From NCBI GenBank assembly GCA_038746285.1, contig JBCDKT010000001.1, forward strand, positions 123,757 through 187,756: 64,000 bases of DNA, read 5' to 3'. A program made the translations under genes and the position numbers. The notes beneath the pieces were generated by a model. It did no database searches. It was not told where the DNA came from and was given only the letters and a program-made list of their open reading frames with translations. This document shows positions 39,001 to 44,895 of this stretch, one piece after another. Every line of letters starts with the position of its first letter. The first letter of the stretch is position 1. This DNA is from Bacteroidota bacterium (GTDB lineage: Bacteria > Bacteroidota > Rhodothermia > Rhodothermales > JANQRZ01).

Positions 39001-39255
39001 GAGCCGGGCGTTGCCGTTCGCCTGGAGGCCGGGGACCGCGAAGCGCGAGGCCAGCGGGACCGCCGACCGGTTGTACGGCGCGTCGGGGTCCGTCTCCGGG
39101 CTCCAGTCGAGGATCGTGTTCGGGAACCACGCCGAGGCGAAGGGCTGGTCCGAGGGCACGCTCCGCGCGAGCGGCGGGGTGGCCGGGGTCATCTGGGCGT
39201 GGGCCGCCGGCAGCAGCGCGGCGAGGACGGCGAGGAGGAGCGTGAGGCGAGGCAT
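36013..39255 (-). CDS. Secreted GH85 endo-beta-N-acetylglucosaminidase-like enzyme with LamG domain and T9SS C-terminal sorting domain
   Basis: ATG at 39255 gives signal 'MPRLTLLLAVLAALLPAAHAQ'. GH85-like 'LIFWGGSASEGLILAPNPGVTDTAHRHGIPVLGTVFFP' and 'YYGFDGWFINQET' (N-x-E catalytic pattern). LamG 'ALLFDGEDDFVDLG...WQHVAATYDGATMRIYVDG...IDEVRVWNVARTPEQI'. CTD 'AYPNPFRTATTVRFTL...LTLFDLLGRRIAVL...GVYLVRMEAG'. Confidence 0.8.
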   Translation of the reverse strand: MPRLTLLLAVLAALLPAAHAQMTPATPPLARSVPSDQPFASAWFPNTILDWSPETDPDAPYNRSAVPLASRFAVPGLQANGNARLGEAGINPLSVFAPTSGNPSQGSLDASYYAFSYWPYVEVLIFWGGSASEGLILAPNPGVTDTAHRHGIPVLGTVFFPPTVFGGQIQWVRDFVQRDGDAFPVADKLIEAAAYYGFDGWFINQETAGGNAALATDLQDLMIYLQDNSDLQIEWYDAMTESGSIFWQEQLNAQNDAFFQQGEVRVSDYMFLDFGWTANDLASSNAYATSLGRDPYELFAGVDYGARGLGIASSMPRIFPDGEAHRTSLGIFRPDETLVPNLDNFYEAERALWVGADGDPSREDAGNWKGIAHYIPAATSIDALPFGTHFNVGQGLGYFLGGEDIAAPAWQADGWNNLALQDLAPTWRWWVETAGTPVTVRYDFDTAYQGGSSLRLAGDVAAEQTVRLFQTDLDLTGSSTLEVAYRVDAAGPVALAAGLTFADDLGGVATLALGPAASAGWNVETLDLSGFGGRSLAGLSLVVPASAGSGFEVHVGKLAVYDADPAPAPPSGVTVERRVDETADEITLRLRWTASPDADAVHHYEVLRRLPGGEPEFIGGAAGTAYFVPSLRRVDGQAEIPVEVVAVSPTGARSAPATLTVNSFDLPGVASAPNPADGAANVPTNTRLAWTPGGGAVSHVVYFGTTSTPPQVAETDDPLYDPGPLDPETTYFWRADEVNPAGTTEGPVWSFTTGTGASAGAALLFDGEDDFVDLGSGAALSVTGTQITLEARINPTAWRDQPFQGSVLNKEQAGGAGNDEGYALRVGGNGRANLLLGNGSWQELTTPNGTLALNVWQHVAATYDGATMRIYVDGAEVAARSLSHSITANDFALRVGSSENSPERTFPGGIDEVRVWNVARTPEQIAASQETVDPASEGLVGYWRFDEGAGQAVSDATGNADPGTLGASDAFGSDDPAWTLFAVDAEDGAPGLPTAYALDAAYPNPFRTATTVRFTLPEPGTVRLTLFDLLGRRIAVLADGAMPAGRHTVRLDGARLPSGVYLVRMEAGPFSASRRVVLTR

Positions 39256-39322
39256 CGGGGCAGGGGGATGAAGACCGGCGGAGGATACGAACACGCCCTG
39301 CCGGCCTCAAGCGCTGCTCTGG

Positions 39323-40606
39323 CTACCAGCCCGTGCGGAGGTCGGGCGGCGGGCGCGGCGGGACCGCCGCCGGGCGAACGGGGATCGGGGCGAGCAGCGC
39401 GGTGCGCCCCGTCGCGGCCGGGGCCTCGGTGTAGAGCGGCGCAGCCACCTCGGGCGTGCGCTGCGTGACGCGCGTCTCGGCGAAGTAGAACGCGAGGATG
39501 TCGCGGTATCCGTAGCCCTGCCGCGCCTGCTCGCGCGCGCCGTACTGGCTCATCCCGACCCCGTGCCCGAAGCCGCGCCCCTCGAACACGTAGCGGTCGC
39601 CCTCGCGCCGCGCCGAGAAGAACGCGCTCCGCAAGAGCCGCGACCCGAAGGCGTTGTTGAGGGTGATGCGGAAGTCGTTGGCCTGGACCGTCTGCGGGCG
39701 CGGCCCGAGCAGGCGCACCGAGCGCGCCCGCCCCTCGCGGCTGCGCTCGCCGATCTCGACCCCTGTCACCGACCCGCCGTAGCGCGCCGACAGCGTGCGG
39801 AGCAGCCGGGTCCGGTCCACGCTCGTCGTCCAGCGGTGGTTGGGCGAGGCGCGGTCGAAGGGGTCGGGCCGGCCGCGGAGGTAGGGGAGCGGGCGGCCGC
39901 TCCAGACGGCGTCGTTGTCGGCCGTGTGCCCGCCGGACGAGGACGAGTAGACGGCCTCGACGAGGCTCCCGCGCCAGGTCAGCACCTCGCCGCGCGTCGC
40001 CTCGGCCGCCCGCCGCGCCGTCGCCGTCTCGGTCCCGATCCCCCGGTAGACCTGCGAGCGGACGTCGTCCACGAGGTCGTAGGCCCCGTACTTGCCCTTC
40101 GACCGGAGCGCGTAGGTCCGGGCGAGGATGGCCTGCGCCTTGACGCCCTCGGCCTCCCGGAACGGATACTCCGACGCGACCACGCTTGCCACGTAGTCTT
40201 CGAGCCGCACCGCGTTGATGAGCCGGAGCGGAGCCCGCCCGCCGGAGCCGTCGGCTGAGGCCGAGAGGGTACCGTGGTAGGTCCGGTCCACCGACCCGGC
40301 GCGGAGCCGGAGGTGCGCCCCCCGGTGCGGCACGAACCGGACGCGCTCGGCCGCCTCGCGCTCGCCGAAGGCGCGGAGGGCGAGCGCCCCGCCCTCGGTC
40401 TCCACAACGGCCGCCTCGCCCGGCCGGAGGGTCCCGAGGAGGGCCGCCCCGACGCGGACCTGCACCGGCCCGCCGACCGCCCCGACGGTCGCCGAGCGCG
40501 GAGCCGTGCGTTCGAGCAGGCGCACGCGGACGACCTCGTCGGGCAGGTCGGCCGGGTACGCCTGAGCGCCGAGGGCGAGCAGCAGGAGAGCGAGAAGGCA
40601 GGGCAT
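39323..40606 (-). CDS. SpoIID/LytB domain-containing protein
   Basis: ATG at 40606 gives signal 'MPCLLALLLLALGAQA'. 'AQAILARTYAL', 'VYSSSSGGHTADNDAVWSG.PLPYLRGRPDPFD', 'GRGFGHGVGMSQYGAREQARQGYGYRDILAFYF' are SpoIID hallmarks. Confidence 0.88.
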   Translation of the reverse strand: MPCLLALLLLALGAQAYPADLPDEVVRVRLLERTAPRSATVGAVGGPVQVRVGAALLGTLRPGEAAVVETEGGALALRAFGEREAAERVRFVPHRGAHLRLRAGSVDRTYHGTLSASADGSGGRAPLRLINAVRLEDYVASVVASEYPFREAEGVKAQAILARTYALRSKGKYGAYDLVDDVRSQVYRGIGTETATARRAAEATRGEVLTWRGSLVEAVYSSSSGGHTADNDAVWSGRPLPYLRGRPDPFDRASPNHRWTTSVDRTRLLRTLSARYGGSVTGVEIGERSREGRARSVRLLGPRPQTVQANDFRITLNNAFGSRLLRSAFFSARREGDRYVFEGRGFGHGVGMSQYGAREQARQGYGYRDILAFYFAETRVTQRTPEVAAPLYTEAPAATGRTALLAPIPVRPAAVPPRPPPDLRTGW

Positions 40607-40721
40607 GGGCGGGCAGCGTGGGGACCGAAAGCTACGGCGCAGCCGGACCGCAGGTAAAGCGGTGACGAGGGACGCCACCGCGCCGGGTATCTTCCGCCTC
40701 CTCAAGCCTCAAAACCTGCCT

Positions 40722-41474
40722 ATGCGCATCTCGTTGCTAGCCGGCGTCTGCCTCGTGCTCGCAGTCGCCTGCCCGGCTCAACCGACGTTCGACCGCCCTG
40801 CGCTTGGGCCGACGTTCTCGCTCACGATTCCGATCAACCGGGCGAGTGGGGCACCGCCGCTCTCGGCGCGCGCGTGGCTGGAGATGGGGGCCGTTGCGCT
40901 GACCGGCGCCGGGCACCTCGTATTCTCGGCCAACGACGCCTCGGGCGTTTTCATCCCGCTCGCTGCGGGCGGCTGGGCCGGCTACGTCGGGGTCCGGGCG
41001 GCGACGGAGCCGGGGTTCCTCGGCGCCCTCGGGCTGACCCGGCAGAACCTCGGCCCGGCGTTCCGCGACGCCTCGATTCTGGCGGGCGTGTCGCTGGCGG
41101 GAATGGCGGCGGTCGGCGCGGCACAGGGGACCCTGAATCTCGACGCCGATTTCCTGCCGCTGTTCGTGCTCTACCCGGCGTGGGGCGTCGTGCAGCAGAC
41201 CCTCGTCCAGGGCTTCTTCACCCGCCACCTCGACCGGACGGGTCTCTCGCCGTGGATTATCGCGCCGGCCTCGGCGGTGGCGTTTGGCTCGGTTCACATC
41301 CCCAACTGGGAGCTGACGGCCGCGACGACGGCGCTCGGTGCGGCCTATGCGGCGCTCTATCTTCGGCACCGGAATCTCTGGCCGCTCGGGTTTTACCACG
41401 GCGTGCTCGGCGCGTTCTTCTACCGCTGGGTGCTCGACCGCAACCCGTGGCAAGAGCTCGTCGACGAGTTGTGA
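40722..41474 (+). CDS. CPBP (CAAX protease/Abi)-like membrane protein with non-canonical motif 1
   Basis: ATG at 40722. Multi-pass membrane protein. 'AFGSVHIPN' (FxxxH) and 'FYHGVLGAFFY' resemble CPBP motifs 2/3. The position of the catalytic 'EExxxR' reads 'VQQTLVQGFFTR'. Confidence 0.45.
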   Translation: MRISLLAGVCLVLAVACPAQPTFDRPALGPTFSLTIPINRASGAPPLSARAWLEMGAVALTGAGHLVFSANDASGVFIPLAAGGWAGYVGVRAATEPGFLGALGLTRQNLGPAFRDASILAGVSLAGMAAVGAAQGTLNLDADFLPLFVLYPAWGVVQQTLVQGFFTRHLDRTGLSPWIIAPASAVAFGSVHIPNWELTAATTALGAAYAALYLRHRNLWPLGFYHGVLGAFFYRWVLDRNPWQELVDEL

Positions 41475-41565
41475 GCGCTGCTGGCAGGCTCGCGCTCACC
41501 AGCGGAGACCCCTGTGCGCCGTGAAGCGCAGCCAGCGTTCGCGGGCTTGGCACAGGGGTGTGCTT

Positions 41566-41654
41566 GTCGGTTCGGTGATACGGCGGGGCGGTGTTTTACG
41601 AAAGGAGAGAACCCCCCTCTTTTCCAACCCCGAACCGTCATGCGCACCGTCTAC
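41566..41654 (+). repeat. 89-nt conserved leader/5' end, copy 1 (includes promoter-like motif and first 5 codons)
   Basis: Differs from 42717-42805 at only 3 of 89 positions by hand alignment. Contains TGATAC-N17-CGAAAGGAGAGA (41576-41610) and 'ATGCGCACCGTCTAC'. Confidence 0.9.
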
Positions 41655-42650
41655 CTCGCACTTCTTTCCATGCTTGCACTCCCAGCGGCGGCCCAGTCGC
41701 CCGCGTTCTCCGTGGACACGAGCACCGTCGCCCTCTACACCTTCGACGGGGCCAACCCCGACACGACCTTCGACCTATCCGGCAACGACCTCCACGCCTT
41801 CAACGACGGCACCACCTCTGTACCCGGTCGCTACGGTAGCGCTCGCGAATTTGACGGCGTAGACGACCGGATCGACATGGATGCCGTTCGCGTAGCGCTC
41901 CAAGGCTCAAGTGCGTGGACGCTGGAATACATCGCCGCAGCGACGACGGACGTCTGGATCCCGGTCCTGCTCACGCACACCTGCGGCAACGGATGGTGGC
42001 TCTATGCCGGAGGGACGAGCGCCCGCTACGCGGCGAAAACCACGGCCTCCGGCGGTTGCAACTGGAGCCCCGACCAGACCCTCACGATCCCCGACATCGG
42101 CACGGACTGGCACTACTTCGCGCTCGCTTTCGGAGGCGGGCTGTTGAGCTTCTACATCGATGGTCACCCGGTGGAGAGTCTGCCGGCCTCAGGAGTCTTC
42201 CAGGGCGGCGGCGGGCAGCGGGCATGGATCGGGCACAGCGACTCTGGCGACGGGTTCTATTACTCCGGCTTGGCCGACGAGCTGCGCGTCTCGGACGTGG
42301 CACGGTCCGCAGGCGAGATCTGCATGACGGCGAACGATCTCGGCTGGCCGTGTGCCGTCACGGCGGATGAGCCGGGCGCGGAGCGTGAGGCGGGCACCCT
42401 CTATCCCGCCACCCCCAACCCGTTCGCCGACCGGACAACGCTGGCGTTCGCGCTGCCCGAGGCGGGCCGGGTGACGGTGGCGGTCTACGACGTGCTGGGC
42501 CGCGCGGTGGCGGTGCTGGCCGACGGCGAGCGAGCAGCAGGGCGCTACGAGGTGGCGCTCGACGGTCGAGGCCTGCCGAGCGGGGTCTACCTCGTGCGGA
42601 TGACGGCGGAGGGTTTCGCCGAGACGCGCCGCGTCACGCTCCTGCGGTGA
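41640..42650 (+). CDS. LamG (concanavalin A-like lectin) domain protein with T9SS C-terminal sorting domain
   Basis: ATG at 41640 gives signal 'MRTVYLALLSMLALPAAAQ'. LamG_3 pattern 'ALYTFDG...GSAREFDGVDDRIDM...WHYFALAFGGGLLSFYIDG...ADELRVSDVARSAGEI'. CTD 'PNPFADRTTLAFALPEAGRVTVAVYDVLGRAVAVL...GVYLVRMTAEGFAETRRVTLLR'. Confidence 0.85.
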   Translation: MRTVYLALLSMLALPAAAQSPAFSVDTSTVALYTFDGANPDTTFDLSGNDLHAFNDGTTSVPGRYGSAREFDGVDDRIDMDAVRVALQGSSAWTLEYIAAATTDVWIPVLLTHTCGNGWWLYAGGTSARYAAKTTASGGCNWSPDQTLTIPDIGTDWHYFALAFGGGLLSFYIDGHPVESLPASGVFQGGGGQRAWIGHSDSGDGFYYSGLADELRVSDVARSAGEICMTANDLGWPCAVTADEPGAEREAGTLYPATPNPFADRTTLAFALPEAGRVTVAVYDVLGRAVAVLADGERAAGRYEVALDGRGLPSGVYLVRMTAEGFAETRRVTLLR

Positions 42651-42716
42651 GCGTGCGGTCGGGTGCGGGGGAAGAGGCCGCTCCTCCGTGTCCCGGCTTC
42701 GCGCCAGGGTCTGCTC

Positions 42717-42805
42717 GTCGGTTCGGTGATACGACGGGACGGTGTTTTACGAAAGGAGAGAAACCCCCTCTTTTCCAACCCCGAACCGTCATGCGCACCG
42801 TCTAC
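42717..42805 (+). repeat. 89-nt conserved leader/5' end, copy 2
   Basis: Near-identical to 41566-41654. Contains TGATAC-N17-CGAAAGGAGAGA (42727-42761) and 'ATGCGCACCGTCTAC'. Confidence 0.9.
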
Positions 42806-44845
42806 ATTCTGCTCACGCTCCTTCTGCTCACCGCCGCCACGGCCGACGCCCAGACTCGCTACGAGTGGGCCGGCGGGGCTCAAGGCGACTGGACCGAGCC
42901 CACCAACTGGTCCCCCAACGGCGTCCCCGCCGCCACCGACATCGCCGTCGTGACCGCTGTCGTGGCCGGCAACCCCGTGACGGCGACCCTCACCGAAGCC
43001 ACGACCGTCGCGGGGCTGGAGATCACCGGCAACAGCGCCGTCGGAGGCGACTTCGACCTGAGGATCACCGACCGCCTCCTCTGGTCGAGCCGCGGCGTCG
43101 ACTCGGAGACGTTTCGCGGGACGGGGACGGTCACCCTCGCCACCGGCGCGACCGGCCACATGGCCGAAGGCCCGCCTCGCTTCCAGCTGAGCGCCGGGCG
43201 CACGCTCGTCAACGACGGCAGCATCTTGTGGGACGGCTCCGGGTTCTGGGCAGGCTCGGGCCGCCTCGTCAACAACGGCGAGCTACTCCTCGCGATGGGC
43301 GAGACGACCATCACCTTCTCCTTCATCGCCGACGCCATCACCAACAGCGCGACGGGCACGATCCGCCGGACGGCGGACGGCGAGGCGACCATCGTCTCGA
43401 GCCTCGTCAACGACGGCCTCGTCCGCATCGAGACCGGCTCGCTCAGCCTGAGCGGCATCGTCACCGGCGACGGGGCCCTCGAAGTGGCGGGGGCGGGGCT
43501 GCTGCGGATCACCCGGGCGGTATCTCAGCGCAGCGTCACCGGCACCGCCGTCACCATCTCCACGGGACAGCTGAGCGTGTCGGACACGTACGACGTTGCC
43601 ACGACCCGTCTCGAAACAGAAGAAAGCTCTCTCACCCTCGATATCGACGCCACACTCCCCACGCTCGTAATCGAGGACGGGACGCTGGACGGTAGCGGCA
43701 CGGTCACCGTCACCGACTCGCTGGCGTGGACCGACGGCCAGATGGGAGGCAGCGGCACGACCGTCCTCGGTCCCGCGTTTCTGCCTACCATCGGCGGCAC
43801 CGCCGTCATCCGGCTCGCGGACACGCGCACGCTCCGCACCGAGGGGCCGGTGACCTGGACCGGCGACGCCGACCTCGCGGGGGGCTTCGACAATACGTTC
43901 GAGAACACGGGCACGCTCACCTCCTCGGGGCCGGGTACGCGGCTCCTCAGCTTCCTCCGCTTCCGCAACGTCGGCACGCTCGTCCACGACGGCGGCACGC
44001 TGCGGTTCAGCAACAGCCAGCCGGAGAACCTGGGGACGATCCGCATCGAGGACGGAACCGTCGAGACCATCGCGAACGTGACCGACATGGGCCGCACCGA
44101 GATCGCCGAGACGGGGCGGCTGGCGCACACCTCGGGGACCTACACGTTCACCGAGACGGCCGAGGTCGTCGGCACGGGCGCGGTGTCGTTCACCGCCCCC
44201 GTCGCTAACCGTGCGACGTGGCGGCCCGGCGGCGAGGCCCCCGGCACGCTCACGGTCGACTCCGACCTGCCCGCGCCCGAGCCGGAGGCGGTCTTCGACT
44301 TCGGGATCGGCGGCCCGACGCCCGGCACCGACTTCGACCAGATGCCCGTCACCGGCACCGCGAATCTCGGCGGCACGCTCCGCATCACCCTCACGGACGG
44401 CTTCGAACCCGAAGACGGCGACCGCTTCCTGCTTCTCCCCGCCGCCGCCGTCGAGGGCCGCTTCGACGCGCTCGACCTGCCCGACGGCCTGGAGGCGTTC
44501 GTCGACCGCACCGACGCCGGGGCCGAGCTGGTGATCGGCCAGCCCGTCTCCAGCGAGGACGAGGCGGGCGAGGCCCTCCCGACGGCGTTCGCCCTGGGGC
44601 GGGCCTACCCCAACCCCTTTGCCGAGCGGGCGACGCTGCGCCTCGACGTGCCGACGGCGAGCCGGGTGACGGTCGCGGTCTTCGACGTGCTCGGCCGCGC
44701 GGTGGCGGTGCTGGCCGACGGCGAGCGAGCGCCGGGGCGCTACGAGGTCGCGCTCGACGGCCGGGGCTTGCCGAGCGGGGTGTACGTGGTGCGGATGACG
44801 GCGGCGGGCTTCGCTGAGACGCGCCGCGTGACCCTCCTGCACTGA
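42791..44845 (+). CDS. Beta-helical, autotransporter-passenger-like repeat protein with T9SS C-terminal sorting domain
   Basis: ATG at 42791 gives signal 'MRTVYILLTLLLLTAATADAQ'. Repetitive G/T/L-rich beta-strand units ('GTGTVTLATGATG', 'GTLDGSGTVTVTDSLAWTDG', 'GTLRITLTDGF'). CTD 'YPNPFAERATLRLDVPTASRVTVAVFDVLGRAVAVL...GVYVVRMTAAGFAETRRVTLLH'. Confidence 0.8.
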   Translation: MRTVYILLTLLLLTAATADAQTRYEWAGGAQGDWTEPTNWSPNGVPAATDIAVVTAVVAGNPVTATLTEATTVAGLEITGNSAVGGDFDLRITDRLLWSSRGVDSETFRGTGTVTLATGATGHMAEGPPRFQLSAGRTLVNDGSILWDGSGFWAGSGRLVNNGELLLAMGETTITFSFIADAITNSATGTIRRTADGEATIVSSLVNDGLVRIETGSLSLSGIVTGDGALEVAGAGLLRITRAVSQRSVTGTAVTISTGQLSVSDTYDVATTRLETEESSLTLDIDATLPTLVIEDGTLDGSGTVTVTDSLAWTDGQMGGSGTTVLGPAFLPTIGGTAVIRLADTRTLRTEGPVTWTGDADLAGGFDNTFENTGTLTSSGPGTRLLSFLRFRNVGTLVHDGGTLRFSNSQPENLGTIRIEDGTVETIANVTDMGRTEIAETGRLAHTSGTYTFTETAEVVGTGAVSFTAPVANRATWRPGGEAPGTLTVDSDLPAPEPEAVFDFGIGGPTPGTDFDQMPVTGTANLGGTLRITLTDGFEPEDGDRFLLLPAAAVEGRFDALDLPDGLEAFVDRTDAGAELVIGQPVSSEDEAGEALPTAFALGRAYPNPFAERATLRLDVPTASRVTVAVFDVLGRAVAVLADGERAPGRYEVALDGRGLPSGVYVVRMTAAGFAETRRVTLLH

Positions 44846-44895
44846 GCTCCAAAACCTCCTACCCGTACGCTTCTACCCTCTAGACTCCCGAACCC

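Noticed and set aside
35888-39468. Two very long ORFs (952 aa on the minus strand, 1117 aa on the plus strand) overlapping the GH85-LamG gene
   Set aside because: Compositionally biased (R/P/G/A or E/V/R/G) with no motifs. The third frame encodes a signal peptide, GH85 blocks, LamG and a CTD.
41514-41639. Conserved N-terminal extensions of the track ORFs ('FGDT.GRCFTKGE.PPLFQPRTV' at 41514-41639 and again at 42647-42790) as possible real coding sequence or a leader peptide
   Set aside because: Canonical signal peptides begin at the internal ATGs (41640, 42791). Conservation is at nucleotide level and extends across a promoter-like motif. The upstream parts of the two extensions are unrelated. 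This is better explained as a conserved non-coding leader.
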